Origin: Phoronis australis
Taxonomy: Eukaryota; Animalia; Phoronida
Assembly (NCBI GenBank): GCA_002633005.1
Contig: NMRA01000060.1
Span: 351,472 to 415,471 of the forward strand
DNA length: 64,000 nucleotides
Reading direction: 5' to 3'
Below are positions 38,801 to 53,800 of the stretch, one piece after another (position 1 is the first letter of the stretch; each line of letters starts with the position of its first letter). A model generated the notes under the pieces. The model made no database searches and had not been told where the DNA came from. It saw only the letters and a program-made list of their open reading frames with translations. Both the position numbers and the translations under genes were made by a program.

Positions 38801-41800
38801 ACAAGAAATACATGTTAGAATCATGAAAAAGCATTAAATTTCAATTAAATGTGTGATTTAATTAAATACCATGTGTATTAAAAACATGTAATGTTTCAGT
38901 GAAACAAAATAACAATGGATTTCTGGCTATTTTCAGCTATATCAAGGATTACTCTGGCCATAATTAACATTTTTTCATACTTTAAAATGCGTAAATGTCA
39001 TAAGTACCGGTGCTAAAACACGATCATGATACAAATATCTGCCAAAGGTGAAGGAATTCTGTCAATATGATTGCACAACATAAAAAATCTAAATTTGCAC
39101 CCTGAGTGAAAAAATGCACTATGTTTATTAATTGCTGTATAGACTGTTCCAGTGGCAGAAATAAAGGCCTCTGGGATTTAGATTTATGATGATAGTTTGA
39201 AATGAGCTGCAGCACAGATATAAACTAATAATTCCTACTGCTCCTTAAATTGTGCTTTTAGACTGAATAGCTTGTCTCCATTATCTTCTCTGTAGTTAAG
39301 CTAGATTGTACACTGCCGTAAAATTTATCAAGCGGTTTACATAATGCATAATTAATGTAGAATTGTAGGAAGAGGCACCGTAACTATAGTTCTGATTTGG
39401 TTACTGGAAGTTATGTGTTGACCAGTGAGTGAGATGGCACGTATTTAATTGTATACTGTGACTGTGTTCTAGATGCCATTACTTGATCATACCAAACTGG
39501 AGGGTCATCGGCAGTACAGGCTGGCTCACCTGTTGTTGTCCATGATTGGGGCGGGTTACGTCTGGCAGGAAGGGGACCAGGGAGTCGCCAAGGTGAGATG
39601 CTGGGCACACCTTTTTGATCAGCCATGAATGACCACCATAGTCTACGGGGCCTGACCCGTAGATCTGATGAACGTTGCCTGATTGTTACCAAAAATGCAC
39701 TTGCTAGTACGATTTCTGTTTTATTGATGAATTTGGTGGTGTGATGTATTTGTTATAAATTATAAGTTATCCTTTTACTAAATTTTGAAGGTGCAGTACT
39801 CAGTATTTTCACTTATGAGTCTGTCTAAAATTTTCATTTAATCCAACATTTTGGAAGACAATTTATTGCCTTGGGAAGATTATTGCTGCTTGACACAAAG
39901 CTCATGCTGTGCACTGACCATAGTTTCGAGCAATAGCAAATTACTTGTTCTTACCTATTCCAGAAATCGGTTCTAATCTGAGTAAGCAAAAAATCCATTT
40001 GATACATTGTTGAGTTTTTTTAACCATGACATAATACCTCAGCTGTGAAGTGAGTTTGTTTAAGAAAATTTAAATTTAATCAATGACATTCACCTGGTGT
40101 CTGTCCCGCAGTCTGTACCCAAGAATCTGGCCGTCCCATGGTGTGGAGTGAGCAACCATCTTGGTTTGCCACCTGTTATTGTTCACACATCACTCTGCAT
40201 GGCTAACTGGAAAATGACCGATCCGAATGGGTGAGCGTTCTTTGTAAATCTCTAGCCCAAAACTGAATTATCACCATGGGAGGCTCACATGTTTTGCACA
40301 AAAATATTTGCTAAGATTGTCATATTTTACGTATTAGTTAGAGGCTGATTACCTTGCTTCAAATAGGAACTTTGCCAAATGCCGTTTTCCATCTACATAG
40401 TTAATTAGCTAAGCTACTGATAGACTTAGGGCTGTTTCAGTGAAAAATGTATGGGAGGGGTGAAGGCACTCTCATTTCTTACCCACCGCCCATATTTTTC
40501 TTTTATTTCTCCAACGCACAACTCATAATTTTTAATTAGGTTGAAATATAATGTGTTTTTTGAGATAATCAACCTGTCTTGTCAAAACTAAAATGGCCAA
40601 CAGGGGTGCTACGGTATCCAAATCTGTCCGAAAGTTGACTGGTGCTGGTGCATAGCAGCTGTCTATTTCTATGCCAAATGCCATCATGATCTGTTTGGCG
40701 TTTTCAAAATAATGGACGGACAAGCAATGACTTGAGCAGTCGAAAACTAGCAGGGGGTTCCACAGTAGTTGAATCCGTCCAAAAATTGACTGGTGCCTGC
40801 ACATTCTTGCCGTATACCTCAAAGTTTTTGCGAGTGCAGAAAAATTCCATGTGAGATCACAACCCATGTCATTTACCACAAACATGTTTTTCAAAGACAC
40901 CTGCAAGCAATACTTTATGCAGCCACTAGGTTTTCTCTGTCCACTGTGTGTCTGTATTTTCAATTCCTGGATCTACAAATGTCAAACTGTCTCCACGAAC
41001 ACTTTTAGGCTGCTATGCCAAGTGAATATTTGGAACTTTTCTATCTGACTCCTCATACTTTTTATTTGAAAATCATCAATTTTAAATTCTTTGATGTGTT
41101 AACACCAGCTTAGTATTGCCGTAATTTTTAGTCTAATATGGCTGCTGTACAATGTGCATGTAATCAAGTTGCTCATGACTTGAGTAAGGATATAGTGCAC
41201 ATATTGCATTCTGTACATTAGCAACATAGGCTTGTTTTGTGGTTTTTGGATAGTTTTGAGTATCTGCCAAGTGCATATTTGGTGAGTTTGGATTTCTTTT
41301 GAGAGTCCATGTTTCGCTGAAAATACCAACCTATCAACATTTACAGATCAAAAAAATTTTTATGATTTACTTCTTTCAAGAAGGACTATCAATAATTAAA
41401 TTTTCTTCAAAAGATAATCACCCACAGATATTTATTTCGACTGCTGTCCCCCCTCCCCTCCCATAGGCATTTTGCTGGAACAGCCCTTATTATTTTCTTT
41501 ATTTTTTTTGAAAATTTTAGAAATTGAAATAAAATTTCACTTGTCTGTCAAACTGTGTGCTAATTCTGCATGCAGAAATACGATTCATGAGATCTGCATG
41601 CACTTCTCACGTAATCTTTTCATTCATTAATAGGTTGTTAAAATTACAATTATCAAACTTCAACTTCCAGGTAAGTCTCGTTTAATTTGTAAATTACATA
41701 TGAAGAATTAATGTAGCACTTGACCAATTTAGGACACGATATATCAGATAGGTGGAATTTATCTTCCCGTTTTATGCGCAAATATTTATAAATGTGGTTA

Positions 41801-44800
41801 AATAGCAATAGGACTTTCGTTGCTGTCTAAAAATACTTCTTTAATACTGATCGCATCTGTGCTGTAGCGTCCCAAGGGACATCGTTGAAAGAACAAACGA
41901 TAGATAGATTGTTTTAAACTTATATTAAATCGCAGCACTTTGTGATATGAGACGTCAGTGGGTAGCAAGAGGTCATAGTAAAAGGTCGTGACACAACAAA
42001 CCATTCACAACATTGTTGGATACTTGGCATAGCAGGTGATCAAACAGATCCTATATCATCAATAGGGCAAATAGCCAGCCAGTGGACAGAGCAGATGAGA
42101 CTAATTAAATAGAGACAGTGCTTTACTGTAGCCTGTGAATTGATGGTTTAGAACAGGCTTCTCCATCAGTATAATAAATGACTCGAGTAATAACAATCTT
42201 TGTTTATATTTGTCTATATACCAGTTCCATTCCAGACCTGTCATCGTGTCATCGGAGTGCTTTGAGTAATTGATAGGCACTCAACAGTGTCAATGACCTT
42301 TGAACAGTGAAAAAATGGCCATTATTTTTGTTTGAAATTGGTGAGATTTTATGGTAGTTGAAGTGGATGTATGTTTTGGAATTAGTTATGATGTTTTGCG
42401 AGTAGTGTAAAATCAAATGTTTGAACTAAAATGTGATCTCTATCTTTGTACAGTTGCTCTTATTGTGGCCAAAAACAATTGAAAATATTACTTGTTTGCG
42501 GCATTTTCTGATAAATAGCATACTAGTGACAGGACAACCTTGAACATGGCATTGACATGCCACAAGTATCCATGTAAATTGCACAATTTCCATACGTTTA
42601 CATGATGTAAATTTTGTCGTCTGCTTATAAGGTTATGCCCGTTATGGCCAGCCATTCCTCAATATGACTATTGCCGGCCTAAACGCAAGTGTAAATGAAT
42701 GAAATTCTAATTACTTGCTCCTTTTCATTTCAGGCCTTATGATATTTGGTAAGTTTTATGCAATATCAAGGAGTTCTCCTGAAGATTTTATTGTGTTTTT
42801 TTAACTGTTCGGTCTTTAGGTACAATATTACATTTCTCAGTAAGTCGGGAAATAAAATTGTTGAAAAGTTGGTGATTTATATTGTTTCAAAAATTATAAT
42901 TGGAGGAAAAAAACTTAACTTTTAACCATGCTTTAATATTGGCTATATTACCCATAATGCAGTTTTTACATACATTAAAAAGCTGTGTCTAATGCTTTTG
43001 TGTTCTGACATTAAATATTTTTCATGTCACAGTAAGTTCGTAATTATGCAAACCTTCTCGTTTAATTCTGACTATTATTTGCTAATTTAACATGTTACCT
43101 CTAAAAGTGCTATAACGTTATCACTTACAGGGGTCCCAGATTTTGAGAACCAGTTTCATGCCTAGTGGAGAACACTGGTTCTCAAAGTGTAGGGCCCCCT
43201 GTGGGTGATTATCACCCCATGAGAAAACAATGTGAAATTGTATAACTTGGATCCAGTCATATCAAGAGGCTATGTTGAAGCGAGACAATCTGAGGGGTGA
43301 CTGCACGAACTGTCAAACTGCAAAACTTTTTTGTCTGAATTAACTTGCAAATATAAACTCTTCTTTAGTGAAAGGAACTGAGTTCTGATCTTGGCATATT
43401 GCCAGTTCTTTCTAAGTACAAAAATCTGTAATCTGAGTCTGGGATAAATTAAGACATTTTACACCGGGAAATGGTGTTAACGAAAAGTTAGCTTTGTTCG
43501 TAGTGTAACGGGGGCGGTATCTACGACCAAGGCGCCCCGATTTTACGAGCCCGGTGCGGACTGAGGGTGATGTTGAAAACTAAAAGTTGGTGAATAATAC
43601 ATAGGTTTATTGTAAGAATATATAACTACAATATTCCACACTTACAAGCAATCCAGTTGTTGCATGATTTAGTATCGCAGCGTTGTGATTTATACAGTTC
43701 TGATACACGGGCAAGCCAGTCGCTGATTAATAGTTGTGTGTGCAAGAACGGGGCAATTTGGTTATTCAGATCCGAAAGGTGAGATGCAATCAAGCTCGGG
43801 AGGAGCCCGAGAATTGCATGGGGCTAAACTGTTGGCAACCAAGTTCGGGAGGAGCCCGAAAACTGCACAAACAGTTGCAATTTTGGTGTGAGTGAAGGTG
43901 TAAATGTTTGCTTCTTGAACTCTGCGACTGGACTCCTCGTGTCTGACAGAGACAAAGCTTAAGTACACAATTTCAACCAATCAGACACGATCTGAAGGGC
44001 AAGGCCCATAGCTCCTAGCTCTGACCATATTTGGCCATGTCCAAAGGACTCAACATCATAGGAAAATTCCATACGTAATACACAGCTTGACCACTAGAGG
44101 GCGCATATATCTTACTTACATAATCATGTTCAGGGCACTCCTGTTACAGTAAAAGGGGTTCTAATTAGCCACTTCAAAGTCTGCCAAATGCCTGGCTCTT
44201 AGTAAGGTTCGAGTTTAGCTGCTCTCTTGTCCTATCTTGTATCGGACTTTGCTTTTTAACAGCAACATTGAGACCATATTCAACTTTCCTACTGGCACAT
44301 GGGGCTGTGGCTGGTTCATGAGAGTTACCATAGCGATAGAACTTCAAGCAGCGGATGGATTAAAGGTAGGACATGTGACATTACGGCGTTTTCCCGTTGT
44401 TCCCAACTTGTTCCATTCTATAGCCCAACAACAAGTTGGAAAGTTTACCCCTGTAGCCAACATCTTACAAAACGGATTAACTTCATTCTGGCATTCATGG
44501 TTGGAGGGCCAGCTCTCTTTTATTCAATAATTGCTCTAATCTTCAAAAAGATCGTATCTAGCCTGACTGGGCTGTGCTGTTAAAAATAAAAGTTAAGTTA
44601 TAACATATTTGAACATAAACCAATCCTCGTCTAATGGTGATCATGTTTAGTTTTTGAATCGCCAAAATCGCCCAACTGCAACCGAAGTTACGATATTCTT
44701 TCTGAATGTACCAATTGGCTCTGGGTTTGACAATGTTCACACATTGTCTGTAATAAGCCTGGTAGATAATTGGCCTGCCTGTTGTCATAACAAACAAAAG

Positions 44801-47800
44801 ACTTTGCTTGGCACTTAACAAAGAAGCTAGATGTTATCACATGCTCAGAACCCCCTTGGTCTGGTAAAGTCACTGAACGGGAAAATGCTGTCATGATGAA
44901 ATGGACTGCTTTAAGGTTACGTAAGACTTAAGAAAAATGTCCAAATTTGGCTAATTTGAAACATTTCTCTGAAATGGCTTATCGTAATTATAGGAAATGT
45001 TCAGATATTATACTTTATGCTCAGTTCTCCAAAACGCTGTTGGGAAATGTTTTTGAAGTGTTCTAGTTTTGCATGAGAGGCTTTTAAATAATGGATAAAA
45101 TTTTTCGTGAAAAACTCATTTGCATAAAGTGGAAACGAAATGATATTTTAGAAAACTGTTATTTTTTTGGCTCCCATCTTGAAGCTTATATCAAATAAAA
45201 TCTGATATTCTATCGATACTGTTGTTTTGCTTTCCATGTATCTTTTTTGCTAAATTTTACTAAAAAGCTCTGATAATGTGATCCAATTAATGGCATATTG
45301 GTAAAAGTCAAAAATCAAATTCTGCAGATTTTCTACTTTCAGAAAATATATGCCTTTACTGACTGAGTGAAAACCTATAGTTTGGTAGATATTTGGCTAA
45401 TTATTGAGACTTTACATAATCTTAAAGAAGGATGCATTTTTTGTTTTCACCAGTGTTTTGATTACAAAATATGTCTCGTAATATATCTTCATCTTTTGTT
45501 ACGTACCCGCGCTGTGGGACAAGTATCCAGATTTCACTGATTGGTTAGTCGGGATACAAAAGTGTCGTTATCAGTTCGGCAGCGATAGCAAATGGAGAAA
45601 GTTGGCAAACCAATGTTTACATAGTCCAGCTCTCTCATTGTCTGCATTCATCTGATAAGGTCACGCAATCCAGCAATCATGTTGTAAACAGCGCGCCTGA
45701 CGCTAATCGATACTTAAAAATACTATTTCCAAATGACTTTGAACAAATGTGGCGACAATGATGTTTTGTATGAAATACTATCGCCAAAACACTTCGAACA
45801 GACATAAACAATTGAGTTTGAGAGAAATTAGACATACTTTCACCTGCCGATTCCTTTGTGTGACTGTAAGCTCCGACTTGCGCACTACCACAGCTTTGTG
45901 TATAAACACAACAGGCTTGTTTGTCAAGTTTAATCAAATATAATTCTAGATCAGATCGAGATGTCAGAAATTTCTTGCTTTTAACAGTGCAAGAGAACGA
46001 GTACGTAATGTACTATTTCAATCAATTTTCCTAAATTCTTAAAAAGGCGTATTCATTGTGGTGTCCACTTTGTTGGTGTTGAAGCGAAAATAATTTTCTC
46101 GTGGGCTAGTTCTCTCTGTGTTTGCAACACACTCTTTTTGCATGAATACTTTTGGGTTGTACTGTTGTTAAGTGTTTTGTTGAAATTGGAAAGTTTAGTA
46201 CCCTCCCATGGTAAGGGTTGAGCTCTATGTGTTTTCCAGGCTCATGGCTAGAATTCCTGATTACCCCCTCTGCTTTGTTAACATTTCATCTATTTAATAG
46301 CGTAACATACCATGCCACTAGACTCAAAACCAAGAAATTTCCAACATCAGGATCTTATCTAGAATCACCCTCAAATAAACTTGACAAATAAGTCTATTGT
46401 GTTGGTACAAAATGCTGTGGTAAGCGGGTTAGAGCTTACAGTCACACAAAGGAATCGAATCAGCAGTTGATAGTTAAAGTCAAATTTCTCTGAAAGTCAA
46501 CTTTTTTCTCCATTCAAACCTTTTAACCTACTCAGGCAGTGTTTTGAGGAACTGGGTGGACTGTTTGCAACAATATTAGAAGCCCTTGGAAAATGAAAAA
46601 GATTAAATTTGGCAATTGTTTTTGTCCAAAATTGGTGAGATTTCTCCTGAACAAAAATTTGTTTTCAGCATGTTGCTGATATTTTCAGAGTATCACAGAG
46701 GGCATTCAAGCACTCAAAAATGACGACCCGAGGAGAGTGAAGGAGGCACTGGAAGGAAGTACTGAATCATTGAAGAAGATGAAACAAGCACTCACAAGGA
46801 TGCATGGTAGGATATTTACGTTTATAACTTTTAAACTGCTCTCCTTCAGGTAAGCTATTTGAAAAAAATGAAGAACTAGGGATCCATTTCATGAAAGTAA
46901 CTTTTAATTCTTAAAGGACTTAAAACAGAAATTTGGTCTTATACCCCCATTTCAAAATGGGCCGTTCCAGATTACACGTTGATAGAACTCTCCTTTTTCC
47001 CAGAGATGAGAATGCGTGTGACCTCTTTTTGGAAGTCGGGCACATTTTTGTGTCTCTTATTGGTGTTGGGAAGGCGAAGAATTTAACATCAGTCATCCAC
47101 TGGTATTTGTCCAGTTTATCAAACTTTTTTCACATCGGAGTTGCAGCTCTCGGCACAGCAGTAATACTTCATTGGCATTGTAACTTGTGAACCTGCAATG
47201 GCACATATGAGGCAGCATGATGGATGTTAATGGCATTTTGGGTAAATACAGTGAGATTGGAGTGTTACTGCATAACCCTATTGTTGAATAAGGGTTTAGC
47301 TAATCCTGAGCTCATCACAGTAGAAATCATTTATAGAAATTATCTCAGTGACTACCAGTTATGTGTCTCTCAGAGACTTTTTTGATCAAGTGAGACTTAA
47401 TTATTTTTCAGACCTATTTGCGTAAAATTTCTGTTTGAAGTATGAAGTCACTTTTGGTGATACAGACCCTAGGGCCACTTGCCACAATAAAAACAGCCTT
47501 GACATTTGCTTTGGTTGAAAAGACTTTTACCATTGCTACAGAGAACATGTAGAGTTTCACAAGTCAGAAAACAATTTAGAAAGTTACAAAGATGGGTAAC
47601 TTTCAAATTTTGACCACTTTCATTCAATCTGGTTATCTCTCAAATCCAGTGGAATGTTATAATTGTGAAATTTCACCAAGTTAGAACACAGTATGGCAGA
47701 CAAATGAAATTCCATTTTCCATAAATTCATAAAAATAATGCTTTAGAATGCTTGAGTTACACACGGTAACTACTACCATTGATTGTATTGAGAAATTATG

Positions 47801-50800
47801 TGCATTTACGTCAATGTTTGAAGACGTCAAAAATGAACAAAGACAGCCTCTGGCTGCAAGTTTTGCTCAGAATTGGTGAGATTTTATAAAACGGATTCTA
47901 TTTGAGAATATCTGGAAAAAGTAAAATGCATTCATTTTGGAGTTTATTTACTTTTTTGGTTGCTAAATTTGCTTCAATCTGGTTTACTGGATACATTTGT
48001 TTTCTTTTTCAGATTTAGATGTAAGCCATTTCTACAATACATTGAGACCTTTCCTAAATGGGTAAGTGAACTATGAAGCAGCAGCTATGCTATGCAAACA
48101 TGTTGAAAACCAAAATATTGTTTACTGACTATTAATCTGTAACATAGTTTAACATCGAAGGTTAGCTCGAAACTTGGGATTAAAGATTTGTTTGCTTACT
48201 CAAGCATTTTTATTTGGTATTAGTGTCACTGAATATTTTTCATATGTTATTTTTCCAAGCGGGTAACATAGTTTAACATCGGAGGTTAGCTCGAAATTTG
48301 GGATTAAAGATTTGTTTGCTTACTCAAGCATTTTTATTTGGTATTAGTGTCACTGAATATTTTTCATATGTTATTTTTCCAAGCAGGTAACATAGTTTAA
48401 CATCGGAGGTTAGCTCGAAATTTGGGATTAAAGATTTGTTTGCTTACTCAAGCATTTTTATTTGGTATTAGTGTCACTGAATATTTTTCATATGTTATTT
48501 TTCCAAGCGGGTAACATAGTTTAACATCAAAGGTTAGCTCGAAATTTGGGATTAAAGATTTGTTTGCTTACTCAAGCATTTTTATTTGGTATTAGTGTCA
48601 CTGAATATTTTTCATGTTATTTTTCCAAGCAGGTGTCAAATGGACCTATTTTGCATACCTCCATCACGTTGTCTTGGAAACAGTTTTAATTTGCAATCTA
48701 ATCCTTCTTTTTTGAATTACATAATGTATAGGTGGGGTGGATCTAGCTCAATATTACCTGATGGTCTCATCTATCAAGGTGTGCATGAAAAACCGATACA
48801 GGTAAATTGACACTTTGCTCTGTCAAGGAAATGCTTTAATTGCTCATTGCTTAGTGTTTTTTTTCAAATTGTTCTATATTTCTGGTATGTCAATTGCTGT
48901 TTAGAAACTAATCCGACTGTTACCTTGGGACATCCCATTTCACACAATGGCCGGGATCGAACGTTTTGATTTAATTTTGCAATGCATTACAAAAAGTCGA
49001 GCTGTGAAATAAGGCAAGGTGACACTTTTTGTTTGCCTTGGTTATACTGTGGTCTGAATGGATATCATTTTGGCTTAATAACTGCTTGTGAATCCGATCT
49101 GCCACAATTTTCTGCAATATGTTCTGAAGTTTGTCAAATTTGGCAATTTTTCAAGGGCTCTACATAATGTTAAAAAATACCACGTGGCTTGTACACTTCT
49201 GACATCGCATCTCCTGTACTTTTGGTTTAATACTATGTAGTGTTGTTAGTGGACTGTTAAATGTTTTACGAGAATGATAAAATAGTTTTCAGTGTTACTT
49301 TTAACCCGTTGTTGTTTTACAGTGCATCGGCGGTAGTGCTGCACAGAGCTGTATACTACATTGCTTTGATGAGTTTCTGGGTGTGGTACACTCTGCAGGT
49401 TAGTTTTTACTATCATCATCATATTGTGGGAAAAGAACCTCACATCAAACCTTAGCAATACGACCGTCCTGTATTACACAGTAACACTTGAATCTCGCTG
49501 TATTTAGCCACAATGTCACAAGACACGTCTACTGCCTCGTTTTCATCATGCCATTGGAGTTTCACGTGTTATTTGTTGTTGTCTGATTCTTTAAAAGTTT
49601 TTCTCGGTTGCATTACTCTATTCATCCTTCCAATGCCAACAAAGTATTAAAATTACTGCTGTGCTGTGGGTTGCAACTCTGACGTGAAAAAGTTTGATAA
49701 ACTGGATAATTATTAAAATACTCGTGGATGCGTGATCTGAAATTCTTTGCCTTCCTGACATCAATCAGAGACACCAAAATGTGCCTCACTTCCAAAACGA
49801 GGTCACGCGCTTTCTAATCTCCGGGACAAAGGAAAGTTCTATCTCCGTATAATCCAGGACGTCCCTACTAAAAGAAAATTTTCTTATTCACAATCTGAAA
49901 CATGGACTATAAACCAGGTCACTCATGCACCTCTGGTATAAAACGTCTTGAATTTTGGGTACGATGAGAGAAACTGATTCCTTTTTTATTTCTAATTTTT
50001 CAGTGGTCAAGTAAGAAGCGCATGAAAAGGATATTAGTTTTGACAGTGTTGGTCAAGTTTTGCAAATTTTGACTGCTTTGTTTCAGATAGTACTTTTCTG
50101 TTTGTGTTTCTGTGGTGACGTCAGAGGGTAGGCACCGGGATAGTCTCTGGCCCTCCTCCTTCCAGTATCGCACGCAATGTAAATTTGGAGATGCAACCAA
50201 GTTCGTGCTGGTTACACACGCTTCGATCTTTTCCCCTGATACGAGTTTTTGCTGCATCTCCGTATTGCAATCCTCGCTCTACGAGGCGCGTTCTTGCACA
50301 TCTCTTCTGCTGTTGTACAGTCTTGGCATCTGTAAGCGATTCACGCACTCTGGAGATTACATCTGCTGGTGTGAGAAGGAGGTCGGTAATCGTTTCTGCG
50401 GTGCCTGCAAGCTCATCCGCCTTGACGTTGAATGAGATGCCGCAGTGTCCTGGTATAAACACTGGTGAAGAGACCATTAATAGAGGTGAACAGAGGGATC
50501 CAGGAATCTTTCACATGACCATCTTTTAGCCTGCTTAGAGGCTGACGGAGTCTGTAAGTAGAAATGATCTGTTTGCAGGTGTTGTGTTCTGTGAGCACCA
50601 GACTAGGGCGTCTTCATATGCTTCATATTCAACTCTAAAAGACGAGTATTTTCCAACCCGTGCTGTTGACCATTCGAAGAGGTGTAGTCCCTCGCGAGTC
50701 CAAGCAACTGCTGGCCAAGCCATAGTGTCATCTCTTAGTGAGCCGTCCGTTGCAACAATGATTGTGGGAGATAGTTCTTCAAGCCATTCCAATACAGTTG

Positions 50801-53800
50801 CTTGGTTGATACAGTCATGCAGCTCTTTCCCGCCAATGACGGCCTCCAATCTCCATGGTGTTGATGACAAAGTTTGTGGCTTTGGACCACTCTATGCTGT
50901 TGATGCTCTCCACTGGACATACCTCTTCGACAAGCTCCCTAGCTCCGATAACCCATGATTGAACAGTTACCAGCCTCTGTGCAGTGTGCTCATCACTATG
51001 CTCTCTCAAGTCCAGGTACAGAGGATGAGAGTTTGTTGTAGCTGCCTTTAGATATGCTTGGGCTGCTAGTGTCTTCTGTTTAGTACGGATGCTATTGATA
51101 CCTAACCAGTATTGGAGACTGTTTACCGGAGTGGGTCTAGCTGAACTGGTTAATATCCTCATGGCCTGGTTTTGAATCCTCTGTAGTTTGGTCATTGACT
51201 GTTGGGAGGCACAAAGGCACAGATGGAGCCCATACTCAGTTTTTGCGCCGACAGTTGCATTTATGAGCTGCACCAGGCTCTTTTGTTGGATCTACTGAGC
51301 TGCTGCATATCTCAACAGTGACAGACTCTTTGCACCTTTCTCAGCTAGGAATTTGACATGGGAGTTTATCGTCATTCTTCGATCCATCTTAATTCCTAGA
51401 TAGGTAACTTCAGGGACTTGAGGTATCAATAGGCTCCCCTATACCCCAGGGTGAACATGTTTGGGTTGAAATAACCTCGTGAGACTAACATCCATTCCCC
51501 TTTGTCTGGTTTGATGGACATCTTGTTGTCTTCGGTCCAATCGGCCACACCATTACTTGCTGATTGCATGCCCTCCACGGCATGTCGTAAAGTGTTCGCC
51601 TCATTAGCGACTATCAAGTCATCAACATAGCTGTAGCTCCACATACACTTGCTGCTTGTATGAGATCTGCCATGTTGACGTTAAAGAGCACTGAGCTGAG
51701 AGGGGACCCTTGCGGGAGGCCTGAGCTTGCTTCAAAGACTTCCACTTGCCGAATTTGAGTTGACATCTGCGGGTATCCAGCAAGACTAGGATCCAACGGA
51801 TCATCATATCAGACACCTCCATTTGGCAAGAATACCCACATCCACTTTGTTGTAGGCATCTTCCAGATCGAAGAGAGCAATTGCAGTGTGTTGCAAAACC
51901 TGCATTTCCTGCTGAATTTCATGCAGTATTGCTTCAATGTTGGAGACAGTGGATCTTCTTGGTCTAGCTCCTTCAACTCTCGGTGATAGACAGCCACGTC
52001 TCTCTAGGTCATATGCTAGTCGCTGCACTACAATTTTTTCCGTAATTTTTGCCCAGGTGTTCGCCATGGTGATGATTCTGTATCCTTTCAGTTTGCTATG
52101 GTCTTTCATCGGCTTTGGAAGAACCACCATGTTGCAGTCTCTAAGGGCCTGGTTCATGGTCCCATCAACAAGTGAACTGTTTATGATCTGAAGGAGCTGG
52201 CTCTTCTCCTCAGGGCTCATGCTTTTCAGGTTAGAATATTTAACTCCATCCGGCCCGGGAACTGTGTCTTTACTTATCGAACGTAGGGTTGCATCTAGTT
52301 CTTCAGGTGAGACTGGTTGCTCATTGTTTTGATCATTCTCCTCGATATGCTGGTTCACTGTGCGTAATTCTTGTTGGACAATGTCAGGGCCATTTGACTG
52401 CAGTTGTTTCTGGTATCTTAGAAGGAAGGCTTCGTCACCTTTTTCCTGGTCTGTAGCAAGCGTCTTACCATTAGGTCCCTGGATAAGCTGAAGACCAGAT
52501 CCTGCTACGGTTGAGATTCTTTTCATTTCCTTAGCCAGATTCTAGTAGAATTTGCTGGTGATTGATAGGTCTCCGGGGTCTGAACTCTGACAGAAATCAT
52601 CCCAAAGCATCTGTTTGTTCTTCACTACAACAGCCTGATAGTTATAAGCAACAACATCATCGAAGGCCTGGCGTCGCTCATATATAATTAGCGGCAAAAA
52701 CTTGTGACATGTGTTTTTCTGATTTTCACATTTCAGTCTGCATGAAAAGGGAAATTTCTCTTTCAACAGGTACATTTTTTATGACAACCAGGCATGAGTC
52801 ACATGGTATGTCACATGACATGTTGTCTCTTGGACAATTTTGCATGATTGTCTGTATTCAAAGATTTACTCTTTCTTCAGAGTGTTCAATCAAAATGAAT
52901 GCTTTAACTGATCTGCAAACACCTTTGATTACTGAGTATTTGCCAAATGTATTTCACTGTCATTCAAAAGTAAAACTGCTTTCTGCACTGAAATTGGTTC
53001 ACGCACTAATTGGTAAATGATAACTTTCATTTCAGACAAAACAGAGTTTCTGATGCTTATGAGGAGTTACATGCTACCGGAACATAGAAAATTTATTGAA
53101 GATATCGGGCTTCATTCAGTAAAAACTTTTGGTAAGTCAAAAAATTCTTATAGAAGCCTTTTTGAAATCTCTTTGTTGGTGACCGCCATCTGTAGGATGT
53201 CTGATGAAACTCAAACATTTTCAAATGTTTCTGTAGTTAAAGACCGCCACTCATGGGCACTGATGACTTAAAATGGATGAGACAGTTTGCGAACAGTATC
53301 ACTCCTGCTTTGCGTTATTATGGTAAAAGTGTCTCCATGTGCACAAAATTGTAGAAAATACACAATATTTTTTATCTTTATTTATAGGTTATTGTTGCAA
53401 AATGGCTTCTGCATGTGTTCAGAGATGTGTGTAAATTAGTTTGTATTATTTTCTTGTTTGTTTTTAGCAGCATACATTTTCCTTGAAACTGAGCCCGACT
53501 CGACATGGAGCATTGATTTGGTCAAAGATTTACTCTCATAATTAATATCACTCTTGAAATATTTTGAGTATTTTTGACCAATAGCAATTACTAGGTAATT
53601 ATTTGTTTTGCAATTTATGAAGGCATAAAGTAAATTAATCTTGTTAGATTGATCAAATTCTGACTGACGTGGTCAATATTTTTGATAGCGTGTGTTTCTG
53701 TTTCTATGTACCAACAGTTCATTCAAGTAGTGACTTGGGACTGGTTGAAAGGTACAACCAGTGTATCGAAGCTCTCACAGACTTCAGGAGTTATCACTTA

